NCBI RefSeq assembly: GCF_001194135.2
Contig: NC_068987.1
Coordinates: forward strand, 39,156,834-39,189,137
Direction of reading: 5' to 3'
DNA length: 32,304 nucleotides
Origin: Octopus bimaculoides
Taxonomy: Eukaryota
Both the position numbers and the translations under genes were made by a program. This document shows positions 21,447 through 32,126 of the stretch, piece after piece. Each line of letters starts with the position of its first letter. Positions within the stretch are counted from its first letter, which is position 1. The notes beneath the pieces are model-generated. The model was not told the DNA's origin. It saw only the letters and a list, made by a program, of their open reading frames with translations, and ran no database searches.

Positions 21447-21592
21447 TTGAAATTTACAGAAAAACAAAAGACGAAGACAGATGCATTAGTTTGACGCTCA
21501 GGAAGGTGAGAAGGTCTCTTACGTTTCGAGCCTACACTCTTCAACAGAAAGGTACATGAATAAATAGACAAAGAGAATAAAAAACTTTAAGA
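21447..21592 (-). mobile_element. Probable second-family Penelope pLTR remnant
   Basis: Contains a minimal hammerhead-like motif with the same architecture as 14063-14108 but unrelated stems; flanked by microsatellites. Confidence 0.5.
21515..21552 (-). ncRNA. Variant minimal hammerhead-like motif
   Basis: The minus strand reads CCTTT-CTGTTGA-A-GAGT-gtag-GCTC-GAAAC-GTA-AGAGA. Stem II has 4 bp, stem I 4 bp (with G-U), and core position 6 is T instead of A. Confidence 0.55.
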
Positions 21593-21597
21593 GTTAG

Positions 21598-21680
21598 CAG
21601 TCAGTCAGTCAATCAATCAATCAGTCAGTCAGTCTGCCTGCTTGTCTGTCTGTCTGTCTGTCTGCCTGTCTGCCTGCCTG

Positions 21681-21739
<59 letters not shown>
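21598..21739 (+). repeat. Stepwise tetranucleotide array (CAGT, CAAT, CTGC, CTGT, CTAT)
   Basis: Read directly. Confidence 0.97.
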
Positions 21740-21740
21740 C

Positions 21741-23632
21741 GGGATGCGGGTGGAGCGTGTCTGCATACGTGGACGATGTCACCGTCATACTGTTGAGCTA
21801 CAACACATTAAAATCATACACATAACACAAAACACACACAGCACACTGAAATCTCTCTACCCGGATGCAGTAGGGAGAGTTCAAAAATACCTGTCAAAAA
21901 AATCTGTACAAAAACCTTCTGGAAGAAGCCTGTGAGTTGAAAGACAAACAACTTTCGGACAGTAAGTGACTCTTTTACTCTCATTGTCTTTTGTCTTCCT
22001 TTCGTGTTTAAAACACAACTTTCGATAGGAACATGCTCAAAATAGGCAGCATAAATGTACGTGGATTGCAGTCGCCTTGGAAACAAGGCTACCTGTTAAA
22101 CGACATCAAGTCACAGAACGTGCATATCATAGCCATCAGCCAGACCAGACTCCACAGCACTGGACTTTAGTGCCTACCTGCATAGCCTGCCACGACTTTC
22201 AACAAAAGAGGCAGAGTGTTGTGAAAGACCCATCACAGCTGCGAACGCACGGGATGCGATGGCAGGCTGCGTGGGAGACAAGTCGATAGGCTTGGATGGT
22301 CTGCCCTACGAACCTTATTGTCATATGCCAAGCTTGTTTTGAGGCATCTTGGCAGCGGTCTACTGCAACTGGCAGCAAAACGGGAGTATCCCCGTCTCTG
22401 TAAAGCGAGGAACGGTGGCACTGTTAAAGAAAAAAGCATCTCCGTCGTGGGACGCTGGATCGGTTAAATTGTGTAGCGAAGCTCCTCTCTCGGTTGTATA
22501 TTTGTAAATGCGGACGTAGCGAGTAACATCTAGCCTTCGGCCGGCCTTGGACCCTACTGTCTCCATCACCTTGATTGGCTGTTATTTGCGCGGTATTTAT
22601 TTCGCGCCAGGCTGCATACCAACCAATCGTGGCCTTCTAATAAGTCCACGTGAGAGAGTGTTTTCTGATGCTTCTGGAGCCGATTTTTTCCTATAAAATA
22701 GCCTGTTTTATCCACGCCAGTTTGTCGCGGCTTCAGACCTTCCAAGGTCTGGTCGTTCGCCACAGAGCACCAACAAGCCAGTACCAGCCAACAGTTCAAC
22801 AGCTTACTGCAAACTCCATCTTCGACGCCACCATCATCTTTTTTGTCGCCAGTGTCAACACGACGTCTCTACGTACATAGCAACCAAACAGCGCCCGCAC
22901 AGGTTCACTCAATACCGTTGTAAAATATCTTCACCAAGGTTAACAGAACTCAACCTGCGAAGACCATCTGTATCAAGTAACCGGCTCGGCCTAGAAGCCT
23001 CAGCATCACGACATGTGACTTAGTTCTGCCTCGACGCCACAACATCTTATTACAGACTTTTAATCTACTGTGTCGCTTAACTGAGAACTGGTATTTCTTA
23101 TCCTTGTGTTCAGGACGCTTAACATCCTTGTTACAGACTCTTTTCTATGCTCTGTATTCTGTTGCATTCACATACACATATTTGTAACCACACACTCCTT
23201 TGATTACATGACGGCCTGTCTTATATTGTGTTATTATGCCGCATTCACGCACACACAGACACACAGTTTAATGCTCTAATAAAACTTTCTCTTCATTCAT
23301 CTTTACCGGTTGTGTCTCTCTCTTTTCCTTGTTGGCACTTCCTCACATTCACATGTGAGTTCGCTTATGTTATTATATTTGTGTCGACCGTGCGACGCGT
23401 TAAAAGGAGGCGTTCCATTCGTTACCATTCTCCTTGGTTCGCACGGTGGTTCTACAATTGCTTGGAGTCTGGTTTGGTCCGGACCTCTAAATGGAGAAGA
23501 ATTGGGGCCGAGATAACGATTAGGGTAGCCACTCTCACCCAACAATGGGCCAAGAGAAAGCTATCTCTAAAAGGTCGGGCAGAGGTGGCGAACGTGTACA
23601 TTGCATCCGTCATCGATTACCGTCTGACAAAA
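21741..23632 (+). pseudogene. Fragmented Tx1/L1-clade LINE (interrupted by a solo LTR)
   Basis: SAYVDDVTV (21741-21800); ORF2 start at 22033 MLKIGSINVRGL...IIAISQTRL (APE); CERPITAA...DKSIGLDGLPYE; VVGRW..VKL|LGVWFGPDL; WAKRKLSLKGRAEVAN. Confidence 0.8.
22472..23456 (+). mobile_element. Solo LTR (probably Ty3/Gypsy)
   Basis: Termini TGTAG...CTACA, 4-bp TSD ATTG (22468-71, 23457-60), AATAAA near 23279. Excision restores the Tx1 codons GTT AAA TTG CTT GGA GTC TGG (VKLLGVW). Confidence 0.88.
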
Positions 23633-23845
23633 CCACTTTGAGCATGATCCTGTAAATCGAAAAGAGAGAGAGAGAGAGCAATTTGCTCTCATGTGTTTAT
23701 TCACTCCTTGCCATGGTCTTTTTGATAAGCTTTTCTTTCACGGATAACCTAGTCTTGCTTTTTACACTTTAAAAATTTTTTCTGTGATACACGATCCCGT
23801 TTGACCGTTTTTTTTTTCACGATCCCATTTGATCGGAATTTTATT

Positions 23846-23885
23846 TTGTCCCCTCAGTGTTCGGCCCTCTGTGGCTAATAAAGAA
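23846..23885 (+). mobile_element. Isolated 3' tail of SINE family A
   Basis: tttgtcccctcagtgttcggccctctgtggctaataaagaaa is an imperfect reverse complement of ~23907-23949. Confidence 0.6.
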
Positions 23886-23902
23886 ACTTACCAATGTATC
23901 TA

Positions 23903-24096
23903 ATTTATTTCTTTACTGTCCACAAGGGGCTAGAAACAGAGGGTACAAACAGATTAAGTTGATCATATCAACCTTAGTGTGTAACCGGTACTTATTTAAT
24001 CAACCTCGGTGGAATTCGAACTCAGAACGTAGCGGCAGACGAAATACCGCTAAGCATTTCGCACGTCGCGTTAATGTTTCTGCCAGCTCGCCGTCT
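23903..24096 (-). mobile_element. Best-preserved SINE family A copy (central deletion)
   Basis: The minus strand reads gacggcgagctggcagaaacattaacgcg...gcttagcggtatttcgtctgccgctacgttctgagttcgaattccaccgaggttg (A and B boxes). Confidence 0.85.
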
Positions 24097-24544
24097 TTAT
24101 ATATCTATCGACTTTTTTCGACCTTTTATTGCACACATTTTGTTTCAATTTTTGCACACAAAGTGTGTGAAGCACCCAACTTTCGTTTGAGTGTGTTTTC
24201 ATGTAAGGAATTGGCATGTGAGGAATTGGCACCTAGGGGAAGTTTCAACCCTATTTAAATTTCTATTTTTCTTCTCGACTTGAAAAATGTCGAGAATTTT
24301 CATAGTGGAACGCTGGTCAAATTCGTTCATGGACCAGCATTTCCCTAACCTTGAAACGCTAGGAGAAAAAAAGAATAACTCCTGTACGCACGCACACTTG
24401 AATACAACTACAGACATAAAAAATACAAATAAATCCCAGGCAAATCTGAAAGACGTGAAAGTGAACGCTGTCAACGTCATTGATACTGCAACCACGATCG
24501 TTCACAGCCCTGTTACCACCACCACCACCACCATAGTAGCTTTC

Positions 24545-24690
24545 TTCAACCGAATACACGTCGTTGATTGGTTGAAATTACCCAAGTGCGACAACTTCAA
24601 CACGAAATAACTTCTAAAATAGGTAGTTTTGTCAAAAAATTCTAGTATTCGAAGTTTCAAACTGTTTACTTTAAAAAAATTAATTAGAAA
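24545..24690 (+). repeat. Partial copy of the foldback element arm
   Basis: gaatacacgtc.ttgattggttgaaattacc...cacgaaataactt...gtttcaaa matches the arms at 31045-31320 (rc) and 31585-31821. Confidence 0.75.
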
Positions 24691-24699
24691 ATTTGTGAT

Positions 24700-26490
24700 T
24701 GAGATGGAATAGATCCGAATGTGAGAATATTAAAGACAAGTTATGCAAAGAACCAGTGTTGCAGCTGTTTGATTCTAAATTACCTACCGAGGTGACGACG
24801 GATGCATCAATGAACAGCATTGTGGCAATACTTTTACAAAATGATCACTTTGTTCTATATGTGTCAAGAAAATTGATACCTGCTGAATCTAGTTGGTCAA
24901 ATATCGAACGCGAAGTATTTGCCATTGTATGGGCCGTTATCTGTCTCAAACAATTTCTGCTAGGTAAAAGGTTCAAACTCAATACAGATACCTTTAAAAT
25001 ATTTTTTCCACCGGAAAAACTAATCCCTACAAATTTTTCTGCTAGAATCAGGCAGTAGGATATTCAATTAATGGTATTTGATTTTGATATATTGCATATC
25101 TCTGGCTCTAAAATTCTTCACGTTGGCACAATGTCGAGATTGCAAGTAGCAGACGAGGGAATTGTCTTTGCAGTTGAACAAGTGAGTGACGTTCCATTCG
25201 GAACCATGTACATTAATTATGTGAAAAATATTACAGAATATGACAGACACATTCAGCAAATCAAATGCATGGTCAAATCCAGAAAATGAACTTCGCGAAC
25301 AAGTGCAACCTCCCCTTCAAATGCATGTGTGATCAACTAACAATAGAAGACGGAATTCTATATTTGTTCCCTACCAACTACACAACAGTGTGCTATGCGA
25401 CAGTCATGATACACATTTGCGTATTCAACAAATGCTCAATAAAATTTCTCTTGAGTTCTGCTGGCCAAACATGCCTCAAGATGTGACTACCTTCATTTCC
25501 AACTGCGCTGCTTGTCAGCAGAATTGAAGTACGAAAGACGATTCAACAGTGACATGGATTAAGGATGGTCCTTGAGAACATATTCACATGGATTGGGTTT
25601 TTTATGAACCACGTTGGCAATTTACTCATTGTTGTCGATTCATATTCCAACTAAATCGATTCCATCCCTTGCATCTCATGCAAAAAGGAAAACATGCAAA
25701 AGTGCTTGATGCATCTCTTTGTTCTGTTTGGACTGCCAAAAGTTACTGTATCAGATAACGCATCTGAAAGGTTGATTATAAAGAGCATATATGCACCTAC
25801 TTATCATCCACAATCAAATGAGCAAGCCAAGTGAGCTGTCCAAACCATCAAACGTGCCGTATCTGCATGGAATCCTGTCATTGACGAATGGTATCCCCAT
25901 TTACAGTGAGTTCTACTCAATCATCGATCTTCATCAGGTAAGAAAGCTGCTTCTTCTGGGGGAAAGGTTATTCAGGAGACCATTATGTACCAGCTGCAAT
26001 CAACGATTCATACCATTTACTAGCATCTGATACCGCAACAAATGCATGAAGAAAGCAAGTCATACATATGGCACAGAAAGGTGTGAATACTGCAATTGTT
26101 GCAAATGAAAACAAAAGCAGGATAGTTAGTTTCAACCAACCGTTCCCATAGATGGACAGTTGTCAACCTGCCAAGGTAGAAATCAACTCGAGGTTAGGCA
26201 ATGACAACTGCGGCATTAAGGTAGAGAAACCCAAACCTCAAACGCATGGAGTCAATGAGATGATAATTGGAGTAAATTGGCAATCCAGCAGAAAAAGAAA
26301 CCCACCCAATCGACTTTTTTATTGAGGTGGTGAGTGTCATGTATTGAACTCCCAATGAACATATAACAAATGCTGTACATTTGTTTAAATGATTAAAAAC
26401 CGCCGGTCACATGGCATGCATGAGTTTCATGTTAACTTGTCCGTTTTCTTTTTCTATATATTGCAATTAAAATAAATGGGGACACACAAT
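24700..26490 (+). pseudogene. Decayed Ty3/Gypsy pol (RNase H-integrase) with PPT and probable 3' LTR
   Basis: EPVLQLFD...TTDAS...YVSRKL...WSNIEREVFAIVWA...FLLGKRFKLNTD; CWPNM...CAACQ; HIHMDW; VVDSYS; GLPKVTVSDN; TYHPQSN; RKRNPPNRL. GAGGTGGTGAG is followed by TGTCATG at 26335. The LTR right end is uncertain. Confidence 0.85.
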
Positions 26491-26679
26491 TAATCACAGG
26501 ATCACGGTTGATGTTGTTACCCCTTCTCATACATTCTGCTGTTGGTAGTGCTTCTGCTACGGCGAGATAGAAATTTGAAATTTATGGCTATTTGATCCTT
26601 GTTCCTATACTTGTGCTTATGAGATAAACAAATTACAAAACTTGACATTTCTTTCTCATTTCTCCTTCCATTATCCTAT

Positions 26680-27555
26680 CATCTTGCAGCACCCCTAAAT
26701 ATTTGTACCCCTCATTATTTCACACAGTGATCTAATGATGTTGTCTTATGTAATTTTATGCCATCAAAGTTTACCTTCTGGCCTGTCTTCATAATTAGTA
26801 CTGTGCATTTATCTACCCCAAACTGCATTCCAATACCTTTACTGACTACTCTCAGTTTGGATCAAAGAGACCAGGTCTGCCTCATTTTATGTATACAACT
26901 TGAGGTCATTCATATTAAGTAGTGATTAATTTATATCTTGTATTTGATATACTTATAGGCAAGCCTGGATTTTCTTAGTATTCTTGTCAGGGAGATTAGT
27001 GCAATAACAAAGAGTAATGGAGAGAGCAAGTCCGCTTGGAAAATGTTCCAGCGTGTTTTGTGTTTCCTTGTAATTCATTTGCACAAGTCAGTTCTACTTT
27101 CCACACTCATTGCTTTCTCCAAAAAGTTATCTTCTTTGACTCCAAGTGTCCTCAGACACTCTAAAAGCCAGCTGCGTGGGACATTATCGTAAGTCTTCCT
27201 ATAATCTATCCCTCCAACAACTAAATACTTCTTCCTTGTATATAATTTAATATTCTACTATCTGTATATAGCAGATCAGCAGTTTCCCACACTTCATCTG
27301 CTATGAAACCAGTTAATAGTTTCCAGATAAGCATGTCTATAATTGCTGACTTGTCCTCTCTTGTCTTTCTGTATCAACACTGTCCTTCCTTTTGTCATTC
27401 ATTTTCTATAAAGTCCGTAAAAAATGATTGTATATAACTGTGTATACTTGGGAGAGTCTTGAGCCAGAAATCCTGGACACCCTCTGGCCTAGGGGAATTT
27501 TAGTTTGTTATTTTCTTAATCATCTCTTTTACTTTCTTATCTGTGGTTGCTCCAA
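26680..27555 (-). pseudogene. Old R4/Dong-like RT fragment
   Basis: Minus-strand motifs: PEGVQDFWLK; WKLLTGFIA; IDYRKTYDNVPRSWL; IFQADLLSPLLFVIAL; NDLKLY; FGVDKC; YKYLGVL. Confidence 0.8.
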
Positions 27556-28410
27556 CCAAGTTCTCAATTCTGCATCAGTACTGAACGAAACTCCGCGCAT
27601 GACATTTGAAAGAGATCAAAAGAATTGGAAATCTGTTGGTGCCAAATCAGGAGAGTACAGCGGGTGTGGCAGCATTTCCCAGCCATGCGTTTGGTCATAT
27701 TGGTGATATGAGGGCGGGCGTTGTCGTGCAGCAGAAGAACTCCATGCTGACGATTAGGTCTTTTCTCATGAATAGCCGTGTTGAGTCATTCCATTTGTTG
27801 AACATAGGGTTCTGCATTGATCGTTTGGTTCCGTTCAATCAATTCGTAATGGATAATCCCTTTCCAGTCCCACCATACGCACAACATCGTTTTACGCGGA
27901 TGAAGATCTTGTTTCACGGGCGGTGTCACTTGTTTACCAGGGCTAAGCCATTCCTTACGCTGCTTCATATTGATGGGCACCATTTTTCGTTGCCTGTAAC
28001 GATGCGATAAAGAAATCGTTGCTTGTGTCCATGAGTTGAGCGGTGACGAGCAAGCAAACCAGTGGAGATTGTGGCTCGTTGATTTTTGTTGTTGTTACTT
28101 AAAGCATGCGGAATTCATGCTCCATACTTCTGAACCTTTCCCATCGAGTGAAGATGCTTCTCTATTGCAGTGTGGGAGCATTCCATTTTCTCTGCCAGTT
28201 CCCTTGTTTGACGAGAATTTTCGTCCAAAATTTGGTTTAATCGCTCTTCATCGAACTCAACTGGACGGCCAGAACGAGGTGCGTCTTTGAGGGAAAAATT
28301 TCGATTTTTGAACTTGGCATACCAATCACGAGCGGTTCTTTCAGCTATGGCACCCTCTTCATACACAGCACAAATGTCGCGAGCAGCTTTTGTGGCCTTA
28401 GAGCTTTGAT
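27556..28410 (-). mobile_element. Truncated mariner transposase remnant
   Basis: VYEEGAIAERTARDWYAKFK...DAPRSGRP; RIVTGNEKW; KTMLCVWWDWKGIIHYEL; LLLHDNARPH; RSLSNVMRGVSF. TIRs were not found. Confidence 0.88.
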
Positions 28411-28687
28411 TAACTAAAATTAACTAGAGANNNNNNNNNNNNNNNNNNNNNNNNNNNNNNNNNNNNNNNNNNNNNNNNNNNNNNNNNNNNNNNNNNNNNN
28501 NNNNNNNNNNNNNNNNNNNNNNNNNNNNNNNNNNNNNNNNNNNNNNNNNNNNNNNNNNNNNNNNNNNNNNNNNNNNNNNNNNNNNNNNNNNNNNNNNNNN
28601 NNNNNNNNNNNNNNNNNNNNNNNNNNNNNNNNNNNNNNNNNNNNNNNNNNNNNNNNNNNNNNNNNNNNNNNNNNNNNNNNNNNNNNN

Positions 28688-29385
28688 ATTAGAAAGCATT
28701 TTTTCCTTCATGATCTCTGACAACTATATCTGGCCTATTTCTCTATCTGTGAATATTGGTATATCCCATAGTATGGTTGCTTTCTCCTTTTCTGTGACCT
28801 TTTCTGGCGTGTGCCTATACCATCTTTTTTCTGTTGTTATTCCATAGTGTTGGCATAGCTTCCAGTGTGTGTAGGTCCCAACTCTGTCATGTCTGTGAAT
28901 ATATTCCTACTTAGCCAGGACTGGGCAGCCAGAGACAATATGATTTATTGTTTCTTCTCCATCTCCACATATTCTGCAGTTGCTTGTTATGTTTCTTTTC
29001 ATTATATGTTTTTGGTCATTTCTGGTGGGGAGGCTTCGGTCTTGTGCTGCAATTAAAAAACCTTCAGTCTCTGCTTTGAATCCTGAGCTTCTCAGCCATT
29101 GTTGGGATTTTGCTTTGTCTATTTCTTTTCAGTTTTGTTTAACCCAGTATTCGCCTTGAAGGGGCTTTTCTTGCTATCATTTTATCATGATCCGTTGCTG
29201 TTTTTGCAGTGCCTGAGTAGCCTTTTCAGCTGTTATAGGGGTCCAGAGTTGTTCAGGTGCTGAGTTCGTTGTTTTGATAGGCCTTTTCTGAAGTTGTTCC
29301 TTCGCCGACCATATTTCTTTCCAACATTCTTCCACTTCTTCTGCTGTTGGTGCTGCATTGATGTCTATTTTATTCTCCGTAGCCA
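28688..29385 (-). pseudogene. R4/Dong-like LINE derivative lacking the RT domain
   Basis: The pre-RT segment (APTAEEVEECWKEIW...WTPITAEKATQALQK) is joined in frame near 29200 to the post-RT segment (QEKPLQGEYW...FLIAAQDRSL...CRICGDGEETINHIVSGC...ILWDIPIFTDRE). Confidence 0.82.
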
Positions 29386-30069
29386 AAAACGGGGGTTTGT
29401 ATAGTAAAAAAAATGAAATTAAAAAAAGGTTTTTTTTNNNNNNNNNNNNNNNNNNNNNNNNNNNNNNNNNNNNNNNNNNNNNNNNNNNNNNNNNNNNNNN
29501 NNNNNNNNNNNNNNNNNNNNNNNNNNNNNNNNNNNNNNNNNGGGTTATTGAAATTTTGAAAATGTGATTCTTTGTAAAAAATTTTTCGGAATTGGATCCT
29601 CCATAACCAAAAACGTGGGGATTCCGTAAAAAAAAAAATCAATATATATCCATTTTACCCGAAGTTATGACGGAAAAATCAGATCTTGTGAATTTTCCGA
29701 AAGTCCCCTCCCTACCCCCCTAGGGTCGTCAGCGCGCATTTTTTTTTCATATTTGTTTTCCACACACTTGTTAACACCCACCAGGCTGGTTAATTTTTTT
29801 TTTTGGTTCCCGGGTGAAGGTCTTTATATCGACCTCCATGTCTTTATCTAGGTTTTTTTTCTTCCAGATTTTATATGTATATGTTGTGGTGTTTTCGTTC
29901 TTTGGATAGAGCACTGTTGTAAAATAAGCGTGTAGGATTGAAATATATTCTTCAAGTGTACATTTATGCCCTTTTGATTTTATTGAGGGACATGCGGAAT
30001 AACGTCCGGCCCTTTATTTCTGTGTTTTGCACGTGTAGTTTTTCATACTTTGTGTGTAACAAGAACAAG

Positions 30070-30215
30070 AGTAGCGAAGCTTCTCTCAGTTATATATATG
30101 TGAATGATTTTATTATTATCCATGAAGGACGAACACATCTAGCTTTCGGCCACATCTTTGGATCCTGTTGTGTCCACCACTCTGATTGGTTAGTATTGGC
30201 GCACTTTGTCACCAT
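30070..30215 (+). mobile_element. 5' fragment of an LTR related to the 22472 solo LTR
   Basis: gtagcgaagct.ctctc.gtt.tatat.tgt.aatg and acatctagc.ttcggcc...ttgga.cct..tgt.tcca.cac..tgattgg are shared with 22473-22580. Confidence 0.7.
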
Positions 30216-30256
30216 TTAGTAAAACGCTCGTGTGAACGTAGGGCTGCGTGAACAGA

Positions 30257-31007
30257 TCACGTAGGGGTGACCAGTTTGTAGCGACGGTACGACCAGGAGA
30301 TGGTGACGAAGAAACGGTTCCTTTAGCGCATCGCACGGTGAGTTCACTATCTTCGTAGCAAATATGTAGCTGGAGTGTTCAGTTTGGTTGAGGTGATGAC
30401 ATCGGCGGTAGCAGTTTGTTGATATTGTATCTGTGTTCGTTCAATAGTAGTTGGTATACAAAGACAGACGGAGAAAACTCAACCTTGTTCACTAGCAGTA
30501 TTGTTCACAGTAGTACAATGTTAATGTCTTGCATAAGATTTCCTGTAAAGAAGTAAGTTGTGTTCTTGTAAAGATGTGTAGTGTTTTATAGAGATGGCTC
30601 TGGTGTGTTAACAGTAAATGAATGAATGCGTGAAGACATTAGTTGTAGTTTGTATATGTAGAAGAGACTTGAAGTGTCTCTGGATAGCATGAAGATAACG
30701 ACATTGAGTTTGGTCTACTCTGCCAGCGTCTGCGGAAGAAGAATATTTTTGTGTGAGAGAGGCCAGCATAAACCGCGATAGAGCAAAACAGCATACCGGG
30801 AGTCCTTTAGAAGTGAAGCGAGGAAATCATGGTGGCAGGCACATTATGTAAAGACAATCGGACGTAGCAGAGAACGCATGTCCGAGGGAGCTAGTTAATT
30901 CAGCCAATCACAGACTGAGTAAAGCTATAAACTGACAGTGTCGCCTGAGCCTACCTTGAAGTCCAAAAATGCATGTTTTTAACTAAAGCTAATACAGACA
31001 TGCTACA
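30257..31007 (-). mobile_element. 5' LTR (30277-31007) plus tRNA-Trp-like primer-binding site
   Basis: Minus-strand termini TGTAGC...GCTACA, a 3-nt spacer, then TGGTCACCCCTACGTGA, which is close to the complement of a metazoan tRNA-Trp 3' end (TGGTGACCCCGACGTGA, from memory). Confidence 0.7.
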
Positions 31008-31029
31008 GTCTGGTGTTGATTGGATCGTA

Positions 31030-31835
31030 ATGTGATGAGCGTATGGATCTTTTCCTTTTATGGGCTGCTCGATTAATTCTCTTCAACTAAACACTTTGAA
31101 ACTTCGTATACTGGTAGAATGTGTCATATAGAACATCTTTTACTCTTAGCGTTGTTGAGAAAAGTTTCTATTTTCGAAGTTATTTCGTGTTAAATTTGTC
31201 GTATTTCGGTAATTTCAACCAATCAATGACGTGTATTCAGCTGAATAAAATTACTGCTGTTGTTTGTCAACAACAACTTCCAGCGGTGTATATTTCGTTT
31301 GTCACTGTTATCTATGACATATTTCATCTCAGTTACGTTCGTATGAATAAACGAGTGTATCTGAAGCATGCTTACTTCATGACACCACCATAATCGCTCG
31401 TGCATTTCTACTGCTTTTAGGTTTTTTTCCTGTTTTCCTGAAAAATTTTGCCTCCCCCCCTTACCCCTCCCCCTCCAATTTCTTCGTTTTTTCACTTTTT
31501 CCGTAACCCTAACCCTAAAACCCTAACCGTAACTAGAAAAATTGTTGTAAAATTTTTAAAAGCTAAAACCAGTACAAACGCACGATGTCATAAATAGCAG
31601 TGACAAACGAAATATACACCGCTGATAGTTGTTGACAAACAACAGCAGTAATTTTATCCAGCTGAATACACGTCATTGATTGGTTGAAATTACCAAAATT
31701 TCTCAACAACGCTAAGAGTAAAAGATGTTCTATTTGACACATTCTACCAATATGGGAGGTTTCAAAGTGTTTAGTTAAAGAAAATTAATTAATCGAGTTG
31801 CCCATCAAAAGGAAAATATCCGAGCGTATTTACAT
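31030..31835. mobile_element. Foldback/long-TIR element with telomere-like (TAACCC) core
   Basis: Arms ~31045-31320 and ~31585-31821 are imperfect reverse complements (the right arm lacks ~40 bp). The spacer contains TAACCCTAACCCTAAAACCCTAACCGTAAC (31504-31533). Confidence 0.8.
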
Positions 31836-32044
31836 GTGCTGTGCGAGCAATGGAGATAATATACAGTTAAAATACATCATTTCATTTGGAAAATAGAAAT
31901 AAATTTCAATGAGTATTACTTCCTCGGATATAGTCCAACACTTTGCCAGTTATTTTTGGCTCCATGTGATGTCTATATTCCCGATATTTTTGGATAGATT
32001 TCGGAGCAGTGTTTTATCGCTCTCACATGTTAAATGCCCCCAGT

Positions 32045-32062
32045 GTCGTCGTCGTCGTCGTC

Positions 32063-32126
<64 letters not shown>
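32045..32126 (+). repeat. (GTC)6 + (TTA)n microsatellite
   Basis: Read directly. Confidence 0.98.

Noticed and set aside
29383-29860. Homopolymer-rich segment with a repeated cc.ta.ccaaaaacg motif
   Set aside because: It flanks an N gap and looks like low-quality sequence or an unassignable repeat; no termini could be defined.
31504-31533. True or interstitial telomere
   Set aside because: Only two perfect TAACCC units plus variants, and they lie inside the spacer of a foldback element.
31900-32044. Possible further R4-like C-terminal remnant on the minus strand (GA...NLSKNIGNIDITWSQK)
   Set aside because: The resemblance to the GALG...QK motif is too degenerate to call without alignment.
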